Shown here: one piece after another, positions 38,322-48,418 of the stretch
How the letters are laid out: each line of letters begins with the position of its first letter
How positions within the stretch are numbered: position 1 is the stretch's first letter
Source of the DNA: Pseudomonadota bacterium
GTDB lineage: Bacteria; Pseudomonadota; Gammaproteobacteria; Burkholderiales; SG8-39
DNA length: 52,534 bases
NCBI GenBank assembly: GCA_021813275.1
Contig: JAKALD010000001.1
Span: forward strand, 1-52,534
Direction of reading: 5' to 3'
Notes under the pieces: model-generated
Told to the model about the DNA's origin: nothing
The model's input: only the letters and a program-made list of their open reading frames with translations
Databases searched by the model: none
Program-made: the position numbers and the translations under genes

Positions 38322-38413
38322 GGTCGCGGGAGAACGACCTAGCCGCCGATGCGGCGTGTCGCAGCGATGTCCATTTCGACGCGTGGCGCGATGAAGCGCG
38401 CAGCCGAACGTCC

Positions 38414-39448
38414 GTGAGCAAGGGCGCGCCGAAGCTGAGCGACGTGGCGCGCATGGCCGGCGTCTCGCCGGCGACCGCGTCGCGCGCCCTTTCGACGCCC
38501 GCGCAGGTGCGCCCGGAGACCCGCGCCAAAGTCGACGACGCGGCGCGCCTGCTCGGCTACGTCCCCCACGGCGCCGCGCGCGCGCTGGCCTCGCAGCGCA
38601 GCCGGACGATCGGCGCGGTCATCCCCACGCTGGACAACGCGATCTTCGCCAACTCGGTAAACGCGCTGCAGCGCTCGCTGGCCGAGTCGGGCTACACGCT
38701 GCTGCTGGGCTCGCACGGCTACGACCCCGCAGTCGAGCTCGAGGTCACGCGCGCGCTCATCGAGCGCGGAGTCGACGGGATCGTCTTCGTCGGCACCGAC
38801 CACGATCCGCAGCTCTACCGCATGCTCGCCACGTTCCGCATCCCCTACGTTCTCACGTGGTCGCTGGATCCGAGCGGGCACCATCCCTGCATCGGCTTCA
38901 ACAACCGCGAGGCCGCGATGCAGGTGACCCGCTTTCTGCTCGACCTCGGGCACCGGAACTTCGCCGTGATCTCGGGGCTGACCGCGCACAACGATCGCGC
39001 GCGCGATCGCGTCGCGGGAGTGCGCGACGCGTTGCGCGCGAGGGGCCTGGACCTCACCCCGCAGGCGGTCATCGAACGGCCCTATTCCTTCGCCAGCGGT
39101 CAGGAGGGCATGCGCGAGCTGCTGAAGCGCGCGCTGCGCCCTAGCGCCGTGGTGTGCATCAACGATGTGCTCGCCGTCGGCGCAATCATCGAATGCCGGG
39201 CCGAAGGGCTCGACATCCCGCGCGACGTCTCGATCACGGGCTTCGACGACATGGAGATCGCGGCGCAGCTCGCGCCGGGGCTCACGACGATGCGGCTGCC
39301 TACGGTCGACCTGGGGCGGTCGGCGGCGGCGTATCTGCTCGACCGGCTCGCGGGCCGCGAGGTCGCGCCCAGCACCGAGCTGCCCGTACAGTTGGTCGTG
39401 CGCGGCAGCACCGCGCCGCCGCGAAGCCGGTCCGCAGGACGGAAGTGA
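38414..39448 (+). CDS. LacI family transcriptional regulator
   Basis: 344 aa with a GTG start. The helix-turn-helix reads PKLSDVARMAGVSPATASRAL and is followed by a sugar-binding-like effector domain. Confidence 0.85.
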   Translation: MSKGAPKLSDVARMAGVSPATASRALSTPAQVRPETRAKVDDAARLLGYVPHGAARALASQRSRTIGAVIPTLDNAIFANSVNALQRSLAESGYTLLLGSHGYDPAVELEVTRALIERGVDGIVFVGTDHDPQLYRMLATFRIPYVLTWSLDPSGHHPCIGFNNREAAMQVTRFLLDLGHRNFAVISGLTAHNDRARDRVAGVRDALRARGLDLTPQAVIERPYSFASGQEGMRELLKRALRPSAVVCINDVLAVGAIIECRAEGLDIPRDVSITGFDDMEIAAQLAPGLTTMRLPTVDLGRSAAAYLLDRLAGREVAPSTELPVQLVVRGSTAPPRSRSAGRK

Positions 39449-39476
39449 CCGGGGCGGCCGCTCCGGGCCGGGCTCG

Positions 39477-40172
39477 CTAGCGTTTCTCGTACTGCTTCTT
39501 GCCGAACAGCACCTCCATCTCCTGCGGCGTGCGCGGGCCGGCGCGGCGCCGCTCGGCGAGCACCGCGAGCGCGCGCTGCACCGCCGGGCGCGCGTCGATC
39601 GCCTCGAACCAGCGCTTCACGTTCGGGTATTCGTCGAGGTCCACGCCCTGGTTCTTGTAGGAGCGCAGCCACGGGAAGATCGACATGTCGGCGATGGTGT
39701 GCTCGGCGCAGGCGACGAACTTCGACTCGGCGAGCCGGCGCTCGAGCACGCCGTAGAGGCGGTTCGCCTCCTTGCTGTAGCGCTCGATCGCGTAGGGGAT
39801 CTTCTCCGGCGCGTACACGAGGAAGTGGTGCGCCTGGCCGAGCATCGGGCCGATGTGCCCCATCTGGAACATCACCCACTGCATCACCGCCCAGCGCTCG
39901 CCCAGGTCGCGCGGCAGGAACTTGCCGGTCTTGGAGGCGAGGTAGAAGAGCATCGCGCCCGATTCGGCGAGCGCGAGCGGCTTGCCGCCCGGACCTTCGG
40001 AATCGACCATGGCCGGGATCTTGTTGTTCGGCGAGATCGCCAGGAACTCGGGCTTGAACTGGTCGCCGGCGCCGATGTCCACCGCGTGCACCCGGTAGGG
40101 CAGCCCCGTTTCCTCGAGCATGATTTGGATCTTGTGGCCGTTCGGCGTCGGCCAGGTGTACAGGTCGATCAT
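39477..40172 (-). CDS. yfcG: Nu-class glutathione S-transferase, YfcG-like
   Basis: 231 aa. The N-terminus MIDLYTWPTPNGHKIQIMLEE...ISPNNKIPAMVD closely matches E. coli YfcG as I recall it. Confidence 0.8.
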   Translation of the reverse strand: MIDLYTWPTPNGHKIQIMLEETGLPYRVHAVDIGAGDQFKPEFLAISPNNKIPAMVDSEGPGGKPLALAESGAMLFYLASKTGKFLPRDLGERWAVMQWVMFQMGHIGPMLGQAHHFLVYAPEKIPYAIERYSKEANRLYGVLERRLAESKFVACAEHTIADMSIFPWLRSYKNQGVDLDEYPNVKRWFEAIDARPAVQRALAVLAERRRAGPRTPQEMEVLFGKKQYEKR

Positions 40173-40208
40173 CGCGAAGTCCCTTTCCGCTGCGTTCGCT
40201 ACGCTGGG

Positions 40209-40673
40209 CTACCTGAGCCCGCTCATGCCGTGCAGGAGCGCGGCCAGCGCGTTCTTATACTCCAGAGCGATCCATCCTATAAGAGGAGTCAGGATGAGCG
40301 CGCTGACGAGGCTGTAAGCGAGCATGCGCTTCCTGTCCGCGCCGAGCGCCTGAAAAACGAGGATCACGGTGAAGGTCCCGAGCACGAGCGGCCCCAGGAC
40401 GACCGCGTACGGCAGGCCTTTCCCTTCGATGAGTTTCGTCATCTTGCGGCCGCGCTTTTTCTCGATGAAGCGCCTCACCGCCTCGATGTGCTCCAGCCTG
40501 TCGATCAGCAGGATGATCGCGCCGGCCAGGATGAAATTGCTGATTCCCGCGACCACGAACACCCAGGTCGAAGGCAGCCCGAATCCCACTCCGAGAGGGA
40601 TCGCGACGGCTCGGCCCGTGAGGGGCGTGATCGTCGCCACCACCACCGCGAGCCACTTTTCGGCCAGAACCAC
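40209..40673 (-). CDS. Small integral membrane protein (possibly of the small multidrug export family)
   Basis: 154 aa with four predicted hydrophobic segments and a basic central loop (KKRGRKMTK). The family assignment is from memory only. Confidence 0.5.
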   Translation of the reverse strand: MVLAEKWLAVVVATITPLTGRAVAIPLGVGFGLPSTWVFVVAGISNFILAGAIILLIDRLEHIEAVRRFIEKKRGRKMTKLIEGKGLPYAVVLGPLVLGTFTVILVFQALGADRKRMLAYSLVSALILTPLIGWIALEYKNALAALLHGMSGLR

Positions 40674-41129
40674 TCAATCCTCGTAGACGACCGCGGTGCC
40701 CGCGATCTTGTCGTGAAAGCCCTGCTTGCGGCGGTCGATGCCGATCCACACGAAACCCAGGCCGAGCGTCAGCGGGAACGACACCAGATAGGCGAAGTAG
40801 CGCAGCACCAGCTTGCCGGTCGAGGGCGGGCCGCCAGTCTTCGCGTCGACGATCTTCGCCGAGATCGCCATCTTGCCGGGCGTCGCGCCGCGGAACTTCC
40901 AGAAGAGGATCACGGTGATCGTCGGCAGCAGCCACTGGATCACGAAGTCCCAGAAGCCGGCCAGCCCGCCCTCCGCGCGCGCCCGCTCGAGATACGCGCG
41001 GCCGTAGATCGCGAGCAGCAGCGGCACCGAGATGACGACGAGGATCAGCACGTCGATCGCGAAGGCGAGCAGCCGCTTCCAGAAGCCCACGTACTCCAGG
41101 CGCGGCGGCGCGGCGATTTCGTCGCTCAT
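40674..41129 (-). CDS. RDD family membrane protein
   Basis: 151 aa. It starts with GFWKRLLAFAIDVLIL and ends with RKQGFHDKIAGTAVV, which is characteristic of RDD domain proteins. Confidence 0.8.
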   Translation of the reverse strand: MSDEIAAPPRLEYVGFWKRLLAFAIDVLILVVISVPLLLAIYGRAYLERARAEGGLAGFWDFVIQWLLPTITVILFWKFRGATPGKMAISAKIVDAKTGGPPSTGKLVLRYFAYLVSFPLTLGLGFVWIGIDRRKQGFHDKIAGTAVVYED

Positions 41130-41149
41130 GCGGGATCGGCGGCCTCAGG

Positions 41150-42148
41150 TCACCCCAGCTTCACCAGCTGTTTGCCGAAGTTCCGGCCCTTGAGCAGCGC
41201 GATCAGCCCCTGCGGCGCGCGCTCGATGCCCTGCAGGACCGACTCGCGGTACTTGAGCCTGCCCGCCGCGAGGTAGCCCGCGAGCGCCTGCACCGCCTCG
41301 GGGTAGCGCTCGCGCCAGTCGAACACGATCATGCCCTGCATCTTGATGCGGTTGACCAGCACCGCGCGCAGGTTCTTGTGCGCGTAGGGCTCGGTGAGGT
41401 TGTATTCAGCGATCATGCCGCACACGACGATGCGCGAGAACGGGTTCATGAGCCTGAGCAGCGTGTCGAGCATCTCGCCGCCGACGTTCTCGAAGTACAC
41501 GTCCACGCCCTTTGCGCAGGCTTCCTTCAGGTCGCGGTGCAGGTTCCCCGCCTTGTAGTCGACGCAGGCGTCGAACCCGAGCTCCTTCACCACGTAGTCG
41601 CACTTCGCCTTGCCGCCGGCGATGCCCACCGCGCGGCAGCCGGCGATCTTGGCGAGCTGACCGACCACGCTGCCGACCGCGCCCGAAGCCGCCGACACCA
41701 CCACCGTCTCGCCCGCCTTCGGCCGGCCGATCTCGTTCAGCCCGAAGTACGCCGTCTTGCCCGGCATGCCGAGCACGCCGAGGTAATAGGAAAGCGGCGC
41801 GCGCGAGGCGTCGACCTTGGTGAGCTCAGCGCCCTTCGCGCAGCCGTAGAGCTGCCAGCCGAGCGGCGCGCAGACCTTGTCGCCCGGCCTGAAGCCGGGG
41901 TGCTTCGACTCGAGCACCTCGCCCGCGACCTCGCCCACCATCACCTGCCCGATCTGCACCGCCGGCACGTAGGACTTCACGTCGTTCATGCGCCCGCGCA
42001 TGTACGGGTCGAGCGAGAGCCATTCGCCCTTCACCAGCACCTCGCCTTCCTGCGGGCGCGGCGCTTCCGACTCGACCAGCTTGAAGTTGTCCTCGGTCAC
42101 CCAGCCGGCGGGGCGGCTCGCGAGCGTCCATGCCTTGTTGGTCGCCAT
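41150..42148 (-). CDS. NADP-dependent alkenal/one oxidoreductase (zinc-independent MDR, YncB/CurA-like)
   Basis: 332 aa. The cofactor motif is SAASGAVGSVVGQLAK, and the N-terminal pattern is typical of the leukotriene B4 12-hydroxydehydrogenase family. Confidence 0.85.
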   Translation of the reverse strand: MATNKAWTLASRPAGWVTEDNFKLVESEAPRPQEGEVLVKGEWLSLDPYMRGRMNDVKSYVPAVQIGQVMVGEVAGEVLESKHPGFRPGDKVCAPLGWQLYGCAKGAELTKVDASRAPLSYYLGVLGMPGKTAYFGLNEIGRPKAGETVVVSAASGAVGSVVGQLAKIAGCRAVGIAGGKAKCDYVVKELGFDACVDYKAGNLHRDLKEACAKGVDVYFENVGGEMLDTLLRLMNPFSRIVVCGMIAEYNLTEPYAHKNLRAVLVNRIKMQGMIVFDWRERYPEAVQALAGYLAAGRLKYRESVLQGIERAPQGLIALLKGRNFGKQLVKLG

Positions 42149-42149
42149 G

Positions 42150-43292
42150 TCAGCCCCGCTCGAGCGCCGCGAAGCGCTCCAGGTGATGCTCGGCGTCGCC
42201 GAACTGCTGCCCGATCATCGTCAGGCGCCGGAACGTGTGGCTCACTTTCATCTCCTCGGTCATGCCCATGCCGCCGTGCAGCTGGATCGACTCCTGGCTG
42301 ACGTGGCGGCAGGCGTCCGCGATTCTCACCTTGGCCGCCGACACCAGGCGCTTGCGCTCGCGCGCATCCGTCTCACCGTCCACCTTGGCGCAGGCGAGGC
42401 AGGCCATCGAGCGTGCCTGCTCGGCGGCGATCACCATGTCCACCATGCGGTGCTGCAGCGCCTGGAAGGTGCCGATCGGCACGCCGAACTGCTTGCGCGT
42501 CTTGAGGTATTCGAGGGTCGCGTCGTTCGCGTATTTCATCGCCCCCAGCGCCTCGGCGCACAGGAGCGCGGTGGCGTAGTCGACCACCTCCTCGATCAGC
42601 GCGAGCGCCTCGCCTTCCTTGCCGATCAGCGCGTCGGCGCCGACCTCGACCGCCTGCAGCACGACATCGGCCGCGCGCGTCTCGTCGAGCGTCACGTAGG
42701 GGCGCAGGCTCACGCCGGCTGCCTCCCGGTCGACCAGGAACAGGCTGATGCCCTGCTGGTCGGCCGGCTTGCCCGAGGTGCGCGCCGAGACGACCAGCTT
42801 GTCGGCGAGCGGCGCGCCGAGCACCATGCGCTTGTCGCCCTCGAGCACCCAGACCTCGCCCGCCCTGCGGGCGCTGGTCGCGACGCGCGCGAGGTCGTAG
42901 CGCGCCCCGCGCTCGGTCTGGGCGAAGGCCATCTTCATGCGGCCCTCGATGACCGCGGGCAGGATCGCCTTCTTCTGCGCCGCGCTGCCGCCGCGCGCGA
43001 CGAGCTGCGCCCCGAGGCCCACCGTGGCGAGAAACGGCTCGACCACCAGCGCCTCGCCGATCGCCTCCATCGCACTCATGAGATCGATCGCCCCGCCGCC
43101 GAAACCGCCCAGCTCGGCGGGGAACGGGATGCCGAGCAGGCCCATCTCGGCGAACGTGCTCCAGACCTGCGCGCTACAGCCGTCCCTGGAGGCGACGATT
43201 CTCTTGCGTGCCTCGAAGCCGTAGTCCTTCTGGACGAACCGCCGGACCGAGTCGGCGAGCAGCTGCTGCTCTTCGTTGTAGTCGAAGTTCAT
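42150..43292 (-). CDS. Acyl-CoA dehydrogenase
   Basis: 380 aa. The pattern is that of the acyl-CoA dehydrogenase family, ending in QLHGGMGMTEE. Confidence 0.9.
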   Translation of the reverse strand: MNFDYNEEQQLLADSVRRFVQKDYGFEARKRIVASRDGCSAQVWSTFAEMGLLGIPFPAELGGFGGGAIDLMSAMEAIGEALVVEPFLATVGLGAQLVARGGSAAQKKAILPAVIEGRMKMAFAQTERGARYDLARVATSARRAGEVWVLEGDKRMVLGAPLADKLVVSARTSGKPADQQGISLFLVDREAAGVSLRPYVTLDETRAADVVLQAVEVGADALIGKEGEALALIEEVVDYATALLCAEALGAMKYANDATLEYLKTRKQFGVPIGTFQALQHRMVDMVIAAEQARSMACLACAKVDGETDARERKRLVSAAKVRIADACRHVSQESIQLHGGMGMTEEMKVSHTFRRLTMIGQQFGDAEHHLERFAALERG

Positions 43293-43344
43293 GAACTTCG
43301 CCTTTTCTGAAAGTCGCGCGCTGCGACGCAGCGCAGCGTTGTTC

Positions 43345-44529
<1,185 letters not shown>

Positions 44530-44579
44530 GCTGCACCTCCTGCGGGCGCGGGCTGCCGGGGGATGGAAGTTTAGCCGAG

Positions 44580-45347
44580 TCAGACGACCGTGATGCCCCC
44601 GTCGGCGATGATCACCTGGCCGGTGACGAAGGCCGCCGCTCGCGAGGCGAGGAACACCGCGATGCCGCCGATGTCGCGCGGCTCGCCGAGGCGGCGCAGG
44701 GGCGTGCGCGCCTCGCGCTCCTTGCGGCGCGCCTCGTCCTCCCACAGCGCGCGCGCGAAGTCGGTGCGGATGAGGCCCGGGGCGATCGCGTTGACGCGCA
44801 CGTTCTTCGGGCCCCACTCCGCTGCAAGGTTCCTCACCAGGTGATGGTCCGCGGCCTTGGAGATGCCGTAGGCCCCGATGACGGTGTTCGCGCGCAGCCC
44901 GCCGATCGAGCCGACCGTGATGAAGCAGCCGCCGCCGCGCTCGGCCATGCCGGGCAGCGTCAGGTTGGCGAGCCACAGCACGCTCTTCACGTTGTTGGTA
45001 AAGATCTTGTCGAACACCTCGTCGGGCAGCGCGGCGAGCGGCCCGTAATACGGGTTCGCCGCGGCGTTGGCGACGGCGATGTCGATGCGCCCCCAGGTCG
45101 CGAGCGTGCGCTCGGCGAGCGCCTGCAGATCCTCCTTGCGCGATACGTTGCACGGCTGGGCGATGACAGGCCAGCCGCGCTGCTCGAACTCGGCGCGCAC
45201 CTGCTCGCAGGCCTCGGCCTTGCGGCTGGAGACGACCACCTTGGCGCCGGCGCGCGCCAGCTCCTCGGCGATCGATCTTCCGATGCCGCGCGTGGAGCCG
45301 GTGACGAGGGCCACCTGGCCGGACAGGTCGAAGAGGGACTGGGGCAT
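44580..45347 (-). CDS. SDR family oxidoreductase
   Basis: 255 aa. The motifs TGSTRGIG, NAA and the catalytic YGISKAA are present. Confidence 0.85.
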   Translation of the reverse strand: MPQSLFDLSGQVALVTGSTRGIGRSIAEELARAGAKVVVSSRKAEACEQVRAEFEQRGWPVIAQPCNVSRKEDLQALAERTLATWGRIDIAVANAAANPYYGPLAALPDEVFDKIFTNNVKSVLWLANLTLPGMAERGGGCFITVGSIGGLRANTVIGAYGISKAADHHLVRNLAAEWGPKNVRVNAIAPGLIRTDFARALWEDEARRKEREARTPLRRLGEPRDIGGIAVFLASRAAAFVTGQVIIADGGITVV

Positions 45348-45489
45348 CGATCGGGCTCCCGCGGGACGCAGGCGCGTAAGCCTAATGAGTTTGAGGTCAT
45401 TCCGTGAGTGCCGCGCCGCGCAGGCCGATGCCGCCGGCCAACCCCACCGCCGGCGCGGGTTTCAATATTCGAAATCCAATGTTGCTAAG

Positions 45490-45518
45490 TTGACAGAGCG
45501 CGCGCCCTGGCAAAGAAT
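45490..45518 (+). promoter_or_regulatory. Candidate sigma70 promoter of the IclR-family regulator gene
   Basis: A perfect -35 TTGACA (45490-45495) is followed by a 17-nt spacer and AAGAAT (45513-45518). It lies in an AT-rich patch of the divergent spacer. Confidence 0.35.
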
Positions 45519-45618
45519 CGAAATGCGAAACGTTCCCCTGCACGACCGTAGCAGTGCGCCGCGCTCCGACGCGCGCGCCGCCACGCCAATAAGCAGACAA
45601 AACGAGGAGGCACGAATC

Positions 45619-46446
45619 ATGGGCGCGCCCGAGTCCGCTGCACCGCTGTCCCAACCCGCCGCGACCTTCAGCTACGAGCACGAGGGCGACCGCCAGTTCG
45701 CCACCACCCTCGCGCGCGGGCTCGAGGTGCTGCGCTGCTTCACGCCCACCGAGGCGATGCTCGGCAACAAGGAGATCTCGGTGCGCACCGGGCTGCCGAA
45801 GCCGACCGTCTCGCGCCTCACCTACACGCTCACCAAGCTCGGCTACCTGCGGCACAACATGCGCCTCGGGAAATATCAGCTCGGCTCGGCGGTGCTGTCG
45901 ATCGGCTACCCGCTGCTCGCCTCGATGAGCGTGCGCCAGATCGCGCGGCCGTTCATGAAGGAGTTGGCCGACTACTGCAGCGGCTCCGTCTCGATGGGCA
46001 TCCGCGACCGGCTGAACATGGTCTACGTCGAGTCCTGCCGCAACGGCAACGGCTTCTCGACCCTGCCCGACATCGGCACCGCGGTGCCGATCGCGCAGGC
46101 CGCGGTCGGCCGCGCGTTTCTCGCCGCGCTCGCGCCCGCCGAGCGCGAGGCGGTGCTCAACCAGATCAAGGTGAAGCAGCCCGAGAGCTACCGCAAGTAC
46201 AAGCCGCAAATCGACAAGTCGCTCGAGGAAATCCGCGCGCGCGGATTCTGCGTCGCGCTCGGCGAGCTGCGCCGCGAGGTCTACGCCGTGGGCGTGCCGA
46301 TGCGCCGCACGGTCGACGGCGAGATCGTCGCGTTCAACTGCGGCGTGCCCGCGTTCAGCCTCAAGAAGGGCCAGCTCGAAGACGACATCGGCCCGCGGCT
46401 GGTCGCGATGGTGCGCACGATCGAGGCGTCGCTCGGCATGCACTGA
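45619..46446 (+). CDS. IclR family transcriptional regulator
   Basis: 275 aa after trimming to MGAPESAA, with a GAGGAGG ribosome-binding site upstream. The winged helix-turn-helix reads LGNKEISVRTGLPKPTVSRLTYTLTKLGYL and is followed by an IclR effector domain. Confidence 0.85.
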   Translation: MGAPESAAPLSQPAATFSYEHEGDRQFATTLARGLEVLRCFTPTEAMLGNKEISVRTGLPKPTVSRLTYTLTKLGYLRHNMRLGKYQLGSAVLSIGYPLLASMSVRQIARPFMKELADYCSGSVSMGIRDRLNMVYVESCRNGNGFSTLPDIGTAVPIAQAAVGRAFLAALAPAEREAVLNQIKVKQPESYRKYKPQIDKSLEEIRARGFCVALGELRREVYAVGVPMRRTVDGEIVAFNCGVPAFSLKKGQLEDDIGPRLVAMVRTIEASLGMH

Positions 46447-46677
46447 GGTGCATGCCGAACGACCCTGAAAGTCGGCTGCGGGGAAAGGGAGGCGGAGCCC
46501 TTCCCCCGCACCCCCTACCCCGCCTCGCGGATATCTCGCTGAATCGCTGAGGCCGGGCCCGCGCAAGGGCGACTCGGCGGCTGCTAACATCGCGGCCGCA
46601 GTGAGACCATCCCGCTCGCTTCGCGGCGGCGTCGCCCGGCGCCGCTTCGATCCCGTGATCCGCCCGGAGGACAACCC

Positions 46678-47589
46678 ATGAACGCGCTGCTCGACTATTT
46701 CAACCACCTCGACGCCGACCTGAAGGAAGCCATCACGCACGCGATCCGCATCGTGGTCATCCTCGTGCTCGCCGGCGTGCTGGAGGCGGTCGCGGCACGC
46801 CTCATCCGCGTGTTCCGCGCCTACATGGCCCGCCGCAAGGGCGACGGCGAAGCGGCGCGGCGCATCGCCACGCTCGAGCGCGTGTTCCGCTACATCGCGG
46901 CGGTGGTCATCGCGCTGGTGGCGGGCACATTGGTGCTCGGCGAGCTCGGCATCTCCGTGGCACCGGTGCTCGCCACCGCCGGCGTCGCCGGCATCGCGAT
47001 CGGCTTCGGCGCGCAGAGCCTGATCAAGGACTACTTCAACGGCTTCTTCCTGCTGCTCGAGGACCAGATCCGCCAGGGCGACGTCGTCGACCTCGGCGGC
47101 CAGGCGGGGCTGGTCGAGGAAGTCACGCTGCGCTACGTACGGATGCGCAATTTCGACGGCCACGTGATCTTCGTGCCGAACGGCGAGATCAAGGTCGTGA
47201 AGAACCTGACCCGCGAATACGCGCAGGCGGTGATCGAGGTCGGCGTGGCCTACCGCGAGGACCTCGACGAGGCGCTCGCAGTGATGCGCGAGGTCGGCCA
47301 GGCGATGCGCGCCGACCCGGTCTGGGGAGCTAGGATCGCCGACGACACCGAGATCATAGGAGTCGAGAAGTGGGGCGACTCGGCAGTCAACATCCGCTGC
47401 CGCGTGAAGGTGATCCCGCCGATCGAGCAGTGGAACGTGAAGCGCGAGTTCCTGAAGCGCCTGAAGAAGGCCTACGACGAGCGGAACATCGAGATCCCCT
47501 TCCCGCACCTTACCGTGTACCCGGGGCAGCTGAAGGACGGCACAGCACCGCCGATCCACGTCATGAGCCTGGAGCGGGGGGCGGCTTAA
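46678..47589 (+). CDS. Mechanosensitive ion channel protein, MscS family
   Basis: 303 aa. The pore-lining helix reads GIAIGFGAQSLIKDYFNGFFLLLEDQIRQGD and is followed by a beta domain. Confidence 0.85.
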   Translation: MNALLDYFNHLDADLKEAITHAIRIVVILVLAGVLEAVAARLIRVFRAYMARRKGDGEAARRIATLERVFRYIAAVVIALVAGTLVLGELGISVAPVLATAGVAGIAIGFGAQSLIKDYFNGFFLLLEDQIRQGDVVDLGGQAGLVEEVTLRYVRMRNFDGHVIFVPNGEIKVVKNLTREYAQAVIEVGVAYREDLDEALAVMREVGQAMRADPVWGARIADDTEIIGVEKWGDSAVNIRCRVKVIPPIEQWNVKREFLKRLKKAYDERNIEIPFPHLTVYPGQLKDGTAPPIHVMSLERGAA

Positions 47590-48395
47590 GCGACCGCGTG
47601 GCGCGCGCTCCACGCAGCGAGGATCGAGTGGATGCGCCGCACGCCGTCGGTGAGCGCCGCGGGCCCGGGCTGCAGGATGTCGGCCGACTTGATCTCGTGC
47701 AGCTCGCCGTCGCGCACCGCCGGGATCTCGCTCCAGCCGGGGCGCGCGGCGACGCGCTCGGGGCGGAACTTCTTCCCGCACCACGATCCGAGAATCACGT
47801 CGGGGCTGCGGCGCACCACCTCGCTTGAAGCGGCGATCGTGCGCCCGCTCGCAGCGGGAGAGCGAGCGAGCTCCGGAAAGACGTCCTCGCCGCCCGCGAT
47901 CGCGACGAGCTCGCTCACCCAGCGAATCCCGCTGATCATCGGCTCATCCCATTCCTCGAAGTACACGCGCGGCCTGCGCCGGAAGGCTCCCGCCGCGGCG
48001 CGAATTTCCTCCAGGCCTTTCTCCAGGCGCTCGATCAGCGCCCGGCCCCTCGCCGCCGCACCGACGATCGCGGAAAGCGTGAGGATCGTCGACAGGATCT
48101 GGTCTACCGAGCGCTGGTTGAAGACGAGCACGTCGAGCCCGGCCTTCGCCAGGTCGCGCAGGATGTCGGCCTGAAGATCCGAGAAGCCGATGACGAGGTC
48201 GGGCTTGAGCTCGAGGATCTTGTCGATCTTCGCCGAAAGGAACGCCGACACCCGAGGCTTCTCGCGCCGCGCCTGCGGCGGGCGCACCGTGTAGCCGGAG
48301 ATGCCGACGATTCTGTGCTGCTCGCCGAGGAGATAGAGGGTCTCGGTCGTCTCTTCTGTGAGGCAGACGATGCGTTCCGGGTAGCGCGCGGGCAC
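47586..48395 (-). CDS. Periplasmic-binding-protein fold (BtuF / Fe-siderophore / cobalamin-binding-like) protein without a signal peptide
   Basis: 269 aa. RIVCLTEETTETLYLLG...PDLVIG is typical of the class III substrate-binding fold. There is no N-terminal hydrophobic segment. Confidence 0.65.
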   Translation of the reverse strand: MPARYPERIVCLTEETTETLYLLGEQHRIVGISGYTVRPPQARREKPRVSAFLSAKIDKILELKPDLVIGFSDLQADILRDLAKAGLDVLVFNQRSVDQILSTILTLSAIVGAAARGRALIERLEKGLEEIRAAAGAFRRRPRVYFEEWDEPMISGIRWVSELVAIAGGEDVFPELARSPAASGRTIAASSEVVRRSPDVILGSWCGKKFRPERVAARPGWSEIPAVRDGELHEIKSADILQPGPAALTDGVRRIHSILAAWSARHAVA

Positions 48396-48418
48396 GCACA
48401 GCAGGATATCATCGGCGC

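Noticed and set aside
46478-46509. A GC-rich hairpin, GCGGGGAAAGGG-loop-CCCTTCCCCCGC, downstream of the IclR gene. A perfect 18-bp palindrome, GCGCCCGGCGCCGGGCGC, at 50357-50374 downstream of fnr was also considered. Both were assessed as intrinsic terminators.
   Set aside because: Neither is followed by a U-rich tract, and GC-rich palindromes are expected by chance at this base composition. That is not enough to call terminators.
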